Shown here in pieces: positions 37,399 to 52,046 of a stretch of DNA of 64,000 nt. The notes beneath the pieces were generated by a model that was given only the letters and a program-made list of their open reading frames with translations, was not told the DNA's origin and made no database searches. The stretch comes from Amphiscolops sp. MND2022. Lineage: Eukaryota. The number at the start of each line of letters is the position of its first letter. Position 1 is the stretch's first letter. Position numbers and translations under genes: made by a program. The DNA lies in the NCBI GenBank assembly GCA_964187785.1, contig OZ076409.1, positions 27,530,001-27,594,000 on the forward strand, given 5' to 3'.

Positions 37399-39591
37399 CC
37401 CTAGTTGACAAAAATGCATTCCTTGCAAGGATCTTGCAAGAACCTTGCAAAAAACGCTTTCCTTGCAAGGTCTTTCAAGGAAATGTTTCCCTTGCAAGAT
37501 CTTGCAAGGAAATTGTTTCCTTGAAAGATCTTGCAAGGAAAAACTTTCCCTGCAAGGTCTTACAAGGAAATTGTTTCCTTGAAAGAACGCATAACTTTTC
37601 AAGGAGTGTAACGACCTCGAGAGTTTTTCTGAAAGCAAAGGGTCACTATCAACAATTTCGATGAGCAGATATTGTGCAATTGTTCAAACTGTCAATTTTG
37701 CAAAAGTTTCACTAAGATTGTAAACACGTATAAGAGTTTTGTTCGATCTATCTTTCAATATACAGTAGCATAGTATAGCTCCAAGGTCGATACGATTCGA
37801 TAAACAAGGTCGTATATGACATATAATCGATCTATTTTTAGTCGGCGCATTTTCCTTTAAGGAAAAAAGCCCGACTATTACAGTGGCTAGTTTTTTTTTT
37901 TCGTCAGACCACAGAGCTCATCGCGTATGTACCACTTTTTACAGAAACTGATAAGTTCACTCAGGCCAAGTTCGACCGACTTTCTGTGCATTGAATGCAA
38001 ACTTACTGCAAAGGGTCCCCCTTTCGTTTTTTACCTTTTTTACGTAACCTACAAAACCGGGAGACTCCAAAGGGTCCCCCCTTTCAATTTTTTTTTCGGC
38101 ACTGTGCGAATTTTTTTTTGAAAATTTTTATTATTTCAAAAGAGTCCCCCCTTCGGATTTTTTCATATTTTGCAACAGAAAGTATATTAATGAATCCCAA
38201 ATGGTCACCCCTTTTCATTTTTCGGCACTATGCGACGTTTTCAAAGTTTTTTTCAAAAAAAATTTTTCAAAAAAAGTTTTCAAAATTTTTTTTGTTTCCA
38301 GTCGAGAAAAGTGATTTTCCAGTCATATCGAGCATGAAAGGCACACTTTGGGTGTCTCGAAAGTGTTTTCAAAGCTTTTCATGAATACATTCTGGGCATA
38401 TTTAGAAAACTCTGCGCTTTTTGAGCCTTAGATATAGCGCCGACTTTAGACGTTCCCGTCTTGTTCAATATACGGTATCATACTATATGTGTATAATCGA
38501 TCTTTTTTTCAATATACGTTATCATACTATATGTGTAAAGTAGCTAAGACTCTAACAACTCGGTCTTATAGGACTCAATTTTCGATGTATCTTCCAATAT
38601 ACAATATCTTACTATAGGTCTAAAGAAGCTAAGACTCGTTGAACACAGTCGTTTAGGACTTACATTCGATCTATCTTATTATAGGTCTGAAATACCTTAT
38701 CTTTCAATCTGCAGTACCTTATTATAAGTTTAAATTCGCTAAGATTCTACGAAAACGGTTATATAGCACTTAAATTTGATCTATCTTTCAATATACAGTA
38801 GTTTTGTATAGGTCCAAGGTCGCTAAGATTCAATGAACTCGGTCGTCTAGGACTTATATTCGATAATTTTTTAATATACAGTATCACACTATAGGTGTAA
38901 AGTAGCGAAAATTCTATTAACTTGGTCTTATAGGACTCATATTCGATCTATCTTTCAAAATAGTGTCATTCACTGTCATCTTCATTAAATAAACAAATTA
39001 CGTGAAATTCATTTCTCCTATTGATTTCAAAAGAAACAACATTGAAAGAGCAAACAAGACCAATGTTTAATCAAATCCCACTGGCTAATTAATATCTCGC
39101 GCATCGGTGGAGAGATATTTCCAAAACGTCATTTTTAGATTTTCGAATTTTTGACCTTCTTGCACTTTTTGATTTCGAAAGACTTTTACTAAAAATTCTC
39201 AACATCTCGAATCTTACAAAACATTTTTTGTCTCAAAAAAGTTGTAAATTGTATTAGTATCAGTCTATTTCAAGATTTCACAATGAATCCGAAATCAAAA
39301 AATATCAGGAGCTTCAGTAAAATCAGGGCGTCGAGTGAACATAAAATTTTCAGCAAAAGTATACCAAACGTGGAAAAACCTTGAATTTTTTCAAGCAAAA
39401 CTTTCTCCTTGGAAGAATCTTGCAAGCAAAAGCAAATGTGTTCCTTTTTGTCCTTGAAAGACTCTTCCAGGGAAATTTTTCTCCTTGCAAGATACTTGCA
39501 AGATGTCTTGCAGAGTAATACATTAACTTGCAAGACCTTGCAAGAAAATCTTGCAAGATCCTTGTAAGGAATGCTTTTTTTTCTACCAGGG
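37399..39591. mobile_element. CACTA/EnSpm-like non-autonomous element with CTTGCAAG subterminal arrays, internal ~84-bp tandem repeat and nested Helentron-like copy
   Basis: tg|ccctagttga...ctaccaggg|tg (2-bp TSD TG), with matching gcattccttgcaaggatcttgcaag arms. The 84-bp period is visible at 38508/38592 and 38703/38787/38871/38954. Confidence 0.82.
37836..38465 (-). mobile_element. Helentron/DINE-1-like element (family A), nested
   Basis: ttagtcggcgc...gcgccgactttagacgttcccgtcttgtt. It splits one 84-bp unit at a T run with no obvious TSD. Confidence 0.75.
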
Positions 39592-40710
39592 TGGTATCGC
39601 CATGATAAAAATAACGCATTTTGCTGAAAACAAAAGAAGGGGCAACGGTGAACAGTCAGACTTTTGTAAACTTGATCGTCATTTTGAAACTACAGCTTCA
39701 AGCCGACCATTGCTTAACCATTTGGCTGCACGTATCGAAACATAGCTTGCTTTGAGGAGATAGTATCCGGAATAAAAGCGCAGACTTAGAAAAACAGCAC
39801 CTTATTCAGCTTCCATCCGGCGAGAATGAATAACAATAACTCTTCTGTCTTCAAAGTTTGAGTCTCCTATGAACTTTCGTCTCTCGTTTCATAAAGTTAC
39901 AAAATAGGGTGAAATACTCCAACTTTACAGGAATATAACAAAAAAGTTTTAAGCGCAGTCATTATTCATTTATTATTCTTACAAAATAGAATCTCTCAGG
40001 ATTTCGATCAGATTTACAATGTTTTTTGAAAATTTGGCAATAAAAAACTCATCACGTATCATATCATAAACCGCTGGTCAAAGCGAAAAAAGCAGCGACA
40101 AAATTTGTTGTTTTCACTCTGTGTTCTGATTTTTGATGGTAACGCTGCTTGGAAAACGCTCTTCTCGAAATTTATAACAAAATAGTAACAAATTGCAAAC
40201 TCTTCAAACTTTGTATCGGCAAAACTACAGCTTTCCAGCTGTTCATTTTAAGGAGGCTTTCTTTGAAAGATGTGGTACGGAAAATAAAGCCCGCCGTAAA
40301 GGCTACAAAATTGATTTTGGGAGGCTTCCCGTCTGATGAGAAATTTTCGAGGTAGTACAACAAAGTTGATGGAATTCCTACCATCCTCAAAACAGTTTGA
40401 CACATTTGACACAATTTTCGAAGTTTATTTCAATTTCAAATCAAATCAGACAGGGTCCGATTAGTCGCCATTTCGGTTAAAAATCAAGGAGCGCAAAGAT
40501 AATTGAAAAAACTGTGAAGTGAAATTTAAACAAAGGTGCATCTTCACAGTGCAAAGTCTATCAAAGGTTTCTTCAATTTTTCAAAAAGCGACAAAGTTTA
40601 TCATTTAAAAAACTTTTTTAAAGTTGGAAAATGTCCTAATGTGCCGTAATATGCAAAACGAGACGCTTTAGCTTCAGAAAATACTTTTTCTTCTTGAGAA
40701 AATCGAAATT

Positions 40711-43700
40711 TTTTGTAAGTGGTTTTGAAAAAACTTTCAAAAATCGGTTCAATTCAGGTTCCCGGTTTTTATTTTATGATCCGTACAATAGAGCAAATGA
40801 TTAACAAAAAAGTAGTTGACACCAGTTAAAATACAAGTCTATTGTGTAAGGGTTTGAGATATTTCACCAGTCATTGGTAACGCGTATTGGAAGTTTCTAG
40901 TCTTCTGTGTTATATAACCGAACCTCGGAACCAATGAAACTAGAGTAGTTTCTTCGGTAGCGAACGGTAGTTGTTTCCCGAATAACAACAAGTGACGATC
41001 ACGTCACCACATCCCTTCTTTTAGTTGACTAATGCGAATAATGCTTGATACTTCTGGGTTTGGGTTCGTAGTCGTTTCGGTCTATCATTGTGTACTGTGG
41101 TATGTTCTTTGATAAGCACCGGACTCAAGCTATCAGCGTTACTAGTCTTCTGGGTGATGGTATAAAGTCTTGAAAAGGATCATGTCCAATGTTTGGCTGA
41201 GGTTCTACTTTCACTATGTCTGATGATGGGCTCCGTCACTAGTCAAAATTGTTCGGTGGTTTTAATGAAGCCAAGCCGTGTTTCGTCCTTTCCGGATAAT
41301 GTAAGTTTTTCTTTCGGCTCATGGATTGAAGTGCGTTTGTACAGCACATTTTCAACTTCATAAGATCCAACAACAGGGTTTCTCAAGTTTCTTCTAAGCA
41401 ATAATTTGGCAGGAGTGTCATTGCCAGTGAATAACCTATGTCTTGATTGTAAAACTTCAGGCTCCTTTTCAATGTTTGAACAGCAAGCTCGGCCAGTCCA
41501 TTGCTTCTCTGTGAAAACAAAGGTGTGTCAATCCTTTTGCATCCTTGTGCGGCTAACCAGTCCTTCAGGGCTTTGGATACAAATTCCTTTCTGTTATCGG
41601 ACACGACCGTATGTGGTAACCAAGAAAAGGTTGTTCGGAGACATCTTACCACGGTTCCGCATTGATAGGTCCGTGCACGGGAAATCTTCCAGCCAACCGG
41701 ACCCAGAATTGGCAATAATGTTAACGTGTTCTGCGTTCCATATGCCAGTCCAATTGCAGTCTTTCTAACGGAGCACATTTTTCACATTTGTCGGTGGAAT
41801 AATTCAGCATCTGTCGGTTTTTGCTGCTTTCGAGAGAATTTTTGACGAATTGTTCGATATCATTATCGATAAATGTCCACCAAGCATTCTTTCCACGAAA
41901 AATTTCAAAGCATTGATTCCTTGATGGACGTCATGAAATTTATCAAGCACTTGTTTTTGGTATGTTATTGGTATAAACACTATGGATCTATTACATATCA
42001 ACTCATTTTGTACTGTTAGGGCATTTGAAACATAAAAGACTTCACCATTTAGGTAGAGTTTTTCCAATTACCAGTTTGGATTCTGTTCATCGTCCGTTTG
42101 GTGAATTCATTGGATTGCATCTCTTTTTGTAGCTTCTCAGGTATCAATCGTGGGTTTCTCAAATGAATCCAAGACTACCGCAACTAAATTGCCTTCATCA
42201 TCATTGAACGGTTAGCGTGACATGCATCGGCTTGGCCAAAATCTTGACCGGCAGTGTACTGTACACAATAGTCACAGACCATCAGGGTTATTTTCAGTAT
42301 CTGGTTGCTCAGATTGAAGATATATTGTAGTGGCTTGCGATCTGTTCTCAGACAAAACTTCCACCTCAATAAAATTGTCGAAGTCTTGTCACCGCGTATA
42401 CTACAGCAAGCGCTTCCCGTTCAATGTTGCTGTATTTTTGTTCGCTGATTTAAAGTTTTAAGTTTTGAAATATGTAATTAACCGGTTGATCATTCTGCGT
42501 TAAAGCAGCACCAATGGTTTTTCTCGCAAGAATCCGTTGTGAGACTTCTTTATCCAATGAGCACAATTGTATCAATGTTTCACTTGTCAGCTCATCTACC
42601 AGTGACTGGAATGCACTTTGACGTTCATTGATCCAATTGAAAAGTTTATCTTTTCGTCTGAGTTCATTGATACACCGTGCATAGTATGGAATTATTTTCG
42701 CAAAATTGTTGATAAGTCCGATAAATGCTTCAAATTTTTTGACATCCTTGGTGGTTGCATTTGAACAAGTTTTTGAACGTGTTTCTGGTTCGCCTTTACG
42801 CTTTCAGATGAAACTTCAAGCCCAAAAAGGATAGGGTTATCGATAATGATACGCACTTTTCTTCATTCACGGAGAAGTTCTTCGCTGCCAGCGGTTTTTT
42901 GACCGTATTGTATCTTTTCCTGAGTTTGGCTTCAGTAACACCGAACAAAAAGATATCGTCGATATGCTACGCAACCGCCAGTCCTTTGAGCACTTCTCGA
43001 TTGCTTGCTCGAAACTTGTCGCAGCGTTTTTCCGTCATTGTTGTAAACGGGTGTTTTCACTTGTGTATACTTGATTTCACTGTAAATACTTCTTGTGATT
43101 TTTCATCATGTGTAATTTGCCGATAAGCATTGGATAGATCAGTTCTCGCAGAGAATTTAGCGCCCGAAAGTTTTGCGAAAATGGTTTCAACACACGGTAG
43201 GTGGTAGGCTTCGGTAATAAATTTATCATTTACATGTACTTTATAGTCAACACACATTCGTAGTTTATCACCTTTTTCAACCTCACAACTGGAGAACAAG
43301 TATCAACACCACCGGTTTCAACCGGGTCAAGAACTCCCAACAACAGTAATTCAATGGGTTTATTGATTTTCCGTTCAAGTGGCAATGGTACTTTCCGTGC
43401 CGGGGAAAAAATCTAGTTTAGCATCGAAATTCACTTTATTGGAAGCTTTAGCACCTTTCATTTTTGGTAGCTTTGCCGATACTTCTGCTTTGAAACACCG
43501 GTCAATGGATTCTCTGCAATGACCCAATTTATCACGTCCCAATAAACCAAAGTATCTATCAGCATTGACGACAGCAATGTTTACATTAAGCTCTTTGTTA
43601 TTATAAAACACCATGAAAAGAAAGCACTGAGATATTCCATTTTATGTTTGTCATGTTTCTATTCCCGTGTTCGTTTCTTCAAGTTTCAGTTGTTCAATCT

Positions 43701-45344
43701 GTTTCCACGGCGTCTTTAAACTCAGCGTCAGTGATGCTCCAGTGTCTTTCATCATTGATATTTTTTAACGTTCACTTCAATTTTCTGCACTGCACTATTC
43801 TTGATATAGTCAGTATGAGCAATGAAATACGAATATTCGGAGAAATTGCCATTGTTTTCTTCGATTTTGGCTTCTTTTCCAAAAAAAATTAATAGCTTGT
43901 TTCCTCACTTGACACACTTTTCCGTAATGGTTCGGTTCTTTGCATTTCTTGCAGGATTTGCCGAAGGCTTGACAACTCCTTGGTTGATGCCTCTTTCCGC
44001 ATTTCGAGCATTCTCTGGCTTTGTTGTTATTGCCTGCTGAAGGTTTGCCTATTCCGGTAGTTTTTTTCTTCTTTTCGTGATTGACCATTCCGCGCAAAGG
44101 AAATTGGTTCTTTTGGTTCGTTCTGTTTGTTCACGAATTGTACGGTTTGTTCACGCTGCTGAATTACCAACAAAACGTCGTCTATAGTGGCGTCCGGGTT
44201 TGTTGAAAATGTTCCAACACTTATAGTTGGAATTCTGTAATCTAGCAAAAAAGCGTAACAGTATCATGTAAGCTTCCGGATCAGCAATCAATCTTTTTCA
44301 AGTTTCCAACTTCACAAAATCTGCTGCTTCCTTCAGACGTGCTGGTAAATCTGATGATTCACCACTCCTTTGGGTACTAGCCACGATGTTTGTTTGTTGG
44401 ATAATAAGTCTTTCTGTCGGCTGCAGGTAATTTTGCAGAAGCGCTTCAATTTCATTGAAAGTCATTGTTTCCACTTTTGTCGGTGCAACAAGCGATTTGA
44501 CTTTCATCAGACTTTACACACCGCTACGGATAAGAAATTGATCTGTTACTTGTAGATCGGCCGGTGTTGTTTCAGCTGCTGTTACATCTGCTTTCTTTTC
44601 TGCCCGACATCGTGCTTTGAATGCATCTATCCAGGTTAGAGCAGCTTCAGAATCGTGCAGATTGAGTTGTTTGTCTCCGTTGCTTGCATTTTGATAATTT
44701 CACCAAACGAATTGAATATAATCTTTTTTCTTCCGGTTTAAATGAAATAACAGTGAGAAATCTTCTGTTTTCCGCAATCAATTTTCAAATTTAAACAATT
44801 TTCGGTGGTCTGGGCACCATTTGTCGTAACGTAGTTTTGAAAAAACCTCTTTTGAACTTGGTGTATTTCAGGTTCTCAGTTTCTATTCTATTATGATCCG
44901 TAGAATTCAGTATATAATATTCAAAAGAGTTGTTGCCACCAGTTAAAAGACAAGTCTGTTATGTAAGAGTTTATTTGTTCTTTCACTAGGTGATAGGGAG
45001 TTTATCCGCTCGATTAAAATACAGAAACATATTATAGCAGAAACGAAATAAATTCTCATTTGTGATTGGTCTACAGTGATCTTTGTATGATGAAACTAAT
45101 AAGTAACTTTGCTGTCGAGTAGAGTAAATGAAAGTCAATGCAATTTCTATTTCACCATTCAGTTAAATAATCGAGCGGCTAAAGTCACGGGTACTTCCAC
45201 CAGTCATCGGTAACGCGTATTGGAAGTTTCTATTCTTCGGCGTTATATAACCGATTCTCAGAACCAATGACATTAGAGTAGCTTCTTCGGTAGCGAACTC
45301 TAGTTGTTTACCGAAAAACAACAAATGACGATGACGTCACCACA
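40711..45344 (-). mobile_element. Degenerate Mag-type Ty3/Gypsy element
   Basis: Diverged LTRs 44822-45344 (with a ~200-bp insert) and 40711-41011, PBS tggtgccca at 44819, PPT 41012-41022. Fragments: CSKCGKRH...CKKCKEPNHYGKVC, LRMCVDYK, TDRKPL, VSDN...SNGLAE. Confidence 0.9.
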
Positions 45345-45620
45345 CCCCCTCTTTTAGTTGACTTATGCGAATCCTGCTTGATACTTCTGGCTTTGGGTTC
45401 GTAGTCGTTTCGGTCTATCATTGGTTACTGCGTTATGTTCTTCGGTGAGCACCGGACTCCAGCTATCAGCGTTACTAGTTTTCGGGGTTACTGGATCTAG
45501 CATCATGTCCAATGTTTGGCTGAGAATCTATTTTCACTACGTCTGGTGATGGTAGTGGTGCAATTTGTACGTTACTAGCCAAAATTGGTCGGTTATGAAG
45601 CCAAGCCGTGTTTCGTACTT
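45345..45620 (-). mobile_element. Second PPT plus 3' internal segment upstream of the 5' LTR (tandem copy remnant)
   Basis: Closely matches 41012-41290. Confidence 0.85.
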
Positions 45621-47991
45621 CCCTTAGATATCTCGTGACTTACAATTCTAAAGCTAAAGCTCTGCTCTCGAAGTTTTCGCCTACATTCTCCTTTGTCTTC
45701 AATCCGGATTGCGAGTTTTTTCGACAATGTCTCTTCACTATCTTGAACATTGCGCTTCTTGATCCTTAAGCGGGGCTCCGATTTATACACTATGGTTGAC
45801 CTTTATGTCTTATTCGAGACCAGTTGCGTTTTTGGCACTGCAACTTTTTTCAAAAACTTTTGTTAATTTTTTTCTAAATTTTATTGCAGTGTTTCTATTT
45901 TATTTCAACTTGGGGGATATAATTGTATCTTCAGATCTGAACTGTTTTTCTAGTTTTAGGCAAGTGATATAGGGCTTAATTTTGTGCCGGTAAATTCAAT
46001 TTCAAGTCAAACGCTTTGAAACTGGAAACAGTTCTGTGTTCTATCTATCATTGTGTGCTCTTCTATCGTTTTCATACTTTCCGATATGTTGAGACTTTCA
46101 AAAATTTCTGCCAGACACTAGTGTGAAATAAGTTACAAATGTCTCGCCTAGTAAATACAGTGCGTGTTGGAAGTAGGTGTACGTCGGTTCGAATCCTGTT
46201 TGTGGCTAAAAATTCGAACAATAACTTCACCGTTTTCTGATATGACGAATGTAACGATCAAAATATGCAACATCCAAATTATTGATGTTTTACCCAAATT
46301 ATTACAATTCCTACCAAAACAAAAGCTTCCAGGGAATTCGAGAGACCACACGGTGTGATTATAGCCGGGCCTAAATATTCTCTAAATTTATTTCACTTCA
46401 TTCATCATTTATGTCGAAATCCACTTAGCTGAACACCACCTGTAGATCTTATATCAGGGCATCAAAGGCAACGAAATAGGAAACTACTTTGATCTGCAGA
46501 AATGTTTGTTCAGACAATATCACAGACGTTTGCTTGTCTCGCTCGAGAAACTTGAAACAGAATTGCCCTTTTGAACTTCCAGCCACGAAAGTGTGCCTGC
46601 TGAAATTAATGGGAATTTCGGCCTTGAAGTAAGAGTCAGTTGCAGATTGAAAGCATTTCATATCTATAATTTTTTTCAAAGTACGACGTTTTATAGTGGT
46701 ATCAAAATATGTGATTTTGATAACGGAGTGATAATAATATTTCAAACGTATCATTTCACACATTTTATATCTGGTTTGAAACCTGATTACAAGTGAAAAC
46801 CAACATTGTCTTCAATTCATTCATTGTTCAGACATGAATATCCAATTTTTGAGCAAAAATGAACTGTCGTGACTTCAATCCTTGTCGAAGTGGTTTTGAG
46901 AAAGATTTCTGTTATAGTAGCTTTTGCATTTGGAGAGAGCTTATAAAGACAACAGACGTTTGTGGGCAATTGAGAGCATTCAATTTTCTTTTAAAATATT
47001 TTGGGAACCAGGCAGGCTACAGTTAAGCAGGAAAGAAGGTTTGACGTCAAACTATCATACAACATAGGCAGCACGGGCTCCCTGGCAATTTCCGTCCCTT
47101 TAGACAAATCGTGAACAAAGCTTCTTCAACACTGACGTATTTGATGTTATTTTCACCTTGAAAATTACTAGCTTGAAGAATCTTTGGATAACGCTCTCAA
47201 GATCATTTTTTATATTCATAAGTGAATAAAACAGGATGAAAGTTAGAAAATTTTTAGCGTAACACTATCAGTGTATTTGAAAGTATGACTCGAGTAAAAG
47301 TATTCTGAAAAAGTTCTAGAAGATTGCACAGAATGAGAAACAGCCAAAGAAAATGCTATGAGCAAAAAAACTTTCAAAGAACCCAAGCGCCTGAAAAAAG
47401 TCAAGTGAACAATCTGAGAACAGCCAAAGCCGGTGGAGTCTTCCCAAGACTCGAACTGCGGTAAAATACTTCCAATCCGCCCAGCAGTTGTTCCTTCTGA
47501 ATTTCCAAAAAACACCCCTCTTCTCGGTTTATTTCAGCTCATGTATTGTTGCTGTTGTATGTATGAATAATAATAATTAAAGAGAATGACTTTACAGTCT
47601 TCTCTGTTCGCTATCAAAATTTTACGAAGAGTGAACAGGTCAGCCGTATAAAATTAACTAAATTGAGTAGACAGCTATTTAACTGTCGTTTCAGTGAATG
47701 CGGGGTTTAATATGAATGATGAACACTGTCACAGTTGCTATAATCAAACTACATTCGGTCATCTAATTTTGTGAATCAGCAGAAATAGTGTCCAAAACTT
47801 TTTAAACGTTTTTTTATTGATCTACAAAAACTATAAAACCCTGAGGCGTGGCTTCTTCCAGCTTGACACAAGAAGTTCCCTTTTCTCTGAATCATTTTGT
47901 TACATTTCTCGAAAAGGTGTGTAAAAACTTAGAAACTACCGAATGAAAAACATTGAAAAGAGAATCCAACTGAAAATCCGAAAGAATAGTG

Positions 47992-48370
47992 AAACAAGAC
48001 GCCCGCTAAGTACCGACCGGGATATTTTCCGCCCTCTTCACCTTCACCAACTGAGCCATAACTATTTTGGGAGGGGGAATAGGATCTAAAGAATGAGATC
48101 TAAATTTTAGTGATTTTAGATTTCATCACTAGATTTTATTCCCGTCCTGAAATTTTAGATCTTATTCCCTTTAGATCTTATTCCCTTTTTTAACTTTAGA
48201 TATTATTTACCGTCTATCCTAAGTGCGTGAGAACTACGTGAGTGAGAGAGTGTAGGTAGAGAAAAGTGAATGAAGTGAAGAGTCGACTTATGACAGAATT
48301 TGGAAAAAGAACGCATCACTGATCATGATTTTCTTTCCCATTGAAAATGAGTCGGAAAATAACAAAACTG
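47992..48370 (+). mobile_element. Interspersed repeat (family C) with TAGATCTTATTCCC sub-repeats, copy 1
   Basis: Start aacaagacgcccgctaag, colinear with 50391-50790. Confidence 0.7.
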
Positions 48371-50390
48371 CAATAGGAGGCGTTTTGAGACTGTAGTATT
48401 TTATGCGAATGAAGCGTGAGCGGAGCGAAGCCTTTTGTGACAATTCGGACTGAAGTTTGAATGAACTGACTGTAATTTTCACCATCCCGCCTGAAAATGT
48501 GACACCTCTTCGATATCTCTCTTCAATGCGTTATATCCCAAAGCACACAAATAGGAGCGTCGTACCTTTTTTATCCCGCAAGGTTGCAAAAGAAGAGTTC
48601 CGCAGGGTTGCAATTGATTATAGTGTAAGTTTTGGTTGTCGAAAACTTTACTTTTTTCTGCGGCGGAAATTGGAATTTTTGGGAGAGCAAATTTGGTTTT
48701 TAGTCAAATTATGGCCTTTAACATCAGCCAATCAGAGCTAAAAACAATTGAATCGAAGGAACAAGAAACTCTGGGAATTCTCATGTGACTTGTGCTTGAA
48801 AAAGTTCTGTTACGGCCGGCCATTAATTGTCGCTGAAGGTTTTCTTAGTGGAATTAATGCTCCAAGAACTTGAAGGCGTCTTTTGCCTCGAGAGTCATGA
48901 AAGGCGATGCGCCTAAAAGCGATGCAAATATTCATGCAATTTATGTCTCCAAAAAAGTGTCTAGCACGGAGAAAGTATTCGTTGCTTTATGAAATCTTTC
49001 CGCGAAAAATTTTCAAAAAGTACTGAGAGCAAAATTAATTCGCCAGAAAAGTTTCCTTACGTCTCGAGAGTTATACGAATCGGTGTTACGGAAACAGCTG
49101 CGACTGTCATATTAATTTTTTTTCAGAAGTTTCTGTTGAATGAATTGAGCTTTGATTTTCAAAAACTTTCTTGCTGGAAAAGACTGTGCCACGATTCGCA
49201 AATCTCGCCGTTGATAGCTGTATCTGCTAAGCTTCCATAGGCTTTGCATACAGTTTTAACGAGATCATTGCACAACATTCCTTTGTTCCTATGTTTTATA
49301 GTTTTAACGGACGTGTTTTCAAGAAAATTCTGTCACTCTCAGTCTCTAGTGTTTGACGAAGAAATCTGACTGGACAAAAAATCTCCACCGATTTAAAAAC
49401 TAGTTAAGGGGGCACCTTCTAGGTTCTATAAACACTTTTTAAAGTCATAGGTATTTTAATGCTTAGTTTTTAATCGGTAAAAATGCACATTTCCCAAAAA
49501 AGCAACAATGGCTTTATTGCCTAGTTAGCCATTTTAGTCGTGTGTACACGATTCGGTCCCATGTACCTCTAACCATGCCATCTCTGCACTTACGGCAGGC
49601 TGCCGCCTGTAACGGCAACCAATACCAAGTGACACCTAACGACAACAGTAGTTTCACAATGCCGCCTGGGGTACTTCCTTTGGGAATGAAAACCGTCATC
49701 CGATCGACTATAGAAATTATTTAATAAATTGAACTTTTTCATTTTAGCCTATCAGGAGCTTACAATGTACGATTTTATGATCATTGATATAGCCTTGTAA
49801 TTATATATTACTAAACCAGTATTATGCGATTGAGTCAATATGCATTTGACATGTATTAAGCAATGAAATCAAACTGATAATATTTTACCCAATCTAATCA
49901 AAAAAAGGCCAAAGCTGTAGATTGTTCGACGCACCAAGATTATCAGCCAATCAGATGTTTTCATTACTAAGTCGGTTGGACCACAGGTCCATTGCTTTAG
50001 AGCCTTTCGCCTTGTCTCTTTCATATCTCCTTTGATGTGCCGTCAGCATAAACTTCGGGTGACGTAATATTGACGCTATTCATTCATGGACTTTTTAGCA
50101 CCGTGACAGTTAGTTTTGCGAGTCACATGAATTTCTGTAGATATAGCCTATCCCACAAGACCGAGCGACATTCCAACTAATCACAACTGCGATACTTACT
50201 TTCAATGATTCTCTCTCTCTCAAATATCATTTCATTTGCCAGACGTTTGTACACTTTGCTTGCCAATATATATTTTTAAAGAGCACAGATTTCTTCAAAT
50301 GATTTCAACAGGAAAGCAGAAAGCAAAATAAAATCGCTTTATGTAATCGGACGTGATGTCTGATTGAGAGAATGTGGACGGAATATTGGA

Positions 50391-50790
50391 AACAAGACGC
50401 CCGCTAAGCACCGGGATATTTTCCTCCCTTTTCGCCTTCGCCAATGAGCCATAGCTCTTTCGGTAGGGGAATAGGATCTGAATAATAAGATCTAAAATAT
50501 AGTGATTTTAGATCTTATTCCCTTTAGATCTTATTCCCGTCCTGAAATTTTAGATCTTCCTTTTGATCTTATTCCCATTTTTACTTAAGATATTATTCCA
50601 TCCTACTAGGCTATCAGTATAGTATAGCTGGATATTACAGGATTTATACAGGATAGTATCAGTGTGGCTGAGTAGGGAGACTGAGTTGGAAGTGGATAAG
50701 TACAAAGTGAAATTGTGGCAAAATTTGGAAAAAACAACACAGATAATGATTTTCCTCCCCCATTGAAAATGTAGGTCGGAAAATAAAAAC
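50391..50790 (+). mobile_element. Interspersed repeat (family C), copy 2
   Basis: Colinear with 47992-48370. Confidence 0.7.
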
Positions 50791-50819
50791 TTCGGAAGTG
50801 AGTATGAAAGCCACCAGAG

Positions 50820-51240
50820 TGAAAAGAAATAGATGTGGACCTGGAGATCGATGAGCTACCGTAAAATATAAAGCCTATGGGGACGATTTCATGTCTTTGT
50901 TTAAAACGAATAGCAGAGAAAATAGTGAAATCAGTGTAGAAACTGCTAGAATGATAAATTGTGAAACTTCAAGCCAAATGTCAAGGAAACCTGATGAGAT
51001 GAATGCAACTTTAACTTTTCAAATCCTACAAGCTATAAGCTCTGCAATAGCTCAGAAAGTCCTTCCAAGGCTTCAAAGTAGTCTTGGATCGCAGGAAACG
51101 GGTCGAGTGGGCTACACAGAACCGCCAAGTAGATAATCACTGTAAAACACGGGAAAACTGCCTTAGAAAGAATTTGAATCAGAGTAACCGAGATTGTCAT
51201 AGAAAGGAGAGCTCAGCTGACTCCCACGATTTAAGATACG
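50820..51240 (+). pseudogene. gag-like fragment
   Basis: QILQAISSAIAQKVLPRLQ resembles QLNRSINTAISERVIPEIQ in the gag at 63566-63997. Confidence 0.5.
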
Positions 51241-52046
51241 ACAGCACTTTTTCCAGCAGTCCTTTTCTTCAGTTAGTTCACTTTTAGGGACTATGATTTT
51301 TGATCTACTTATTCGAGATTATTTGAGTCCATGGAAGTTCCGCCAGGGTCCTGTGAAAAAATGAAAAAAAATTTCCTGGCAACCTACAATAACTGAAAAG
51401 TTCAAGCAGTTTCAACTAGTGTTAGGAATGACGTACTTTGAAGATACTCTACAATGTGTAAATAGATAATGTTTCCTGGCGAAGAAAATTCAACAATATC
51501 TATGTATGTGGTGTCATCATATGACATTGTTGCAACAAACTTTCTCTGCAGTCGCATACTAAAAATGTTCAAGCACTTTCAACCGGGGTAAGGAGGTAAA
51601 AATTCAACATCTACGCCTTTCATATCCAAAAAAATTCAACATTTACGTCTTTCATATCCCATATCTCCAAAATTCAACGTCTATTATATCCCAGTTGTTT
51701 TGCGCCATCTTGCATTTTAATTTTTTTCGTTTTTTAAAAAAATTCTTCGTCTTTATTCCAGCAGTTGTTTTCCTAAGACTATTGTCACATTTTGAGAAAA
51801 ATAGAAATCTGATATCAATTCTTTGAGTTGCCTCACCAGAGTCGAATTATTTGAAATAGAGAAATGCAAATGAAATTTTCAGGGTCGAATTATTTAGGAT
51901 CGAATTTTAGAGGGCACTATAGCAATGGTATATTATGATTGAAATTTTCGCTTCTTTCTCGCAATCTCAATTATTTTACACCTTCGGGTGATCATTATGG
52001 GACTATTTCGAGCAGAAAGCCTTTTCTATAATTGCTGGTATTTCAG

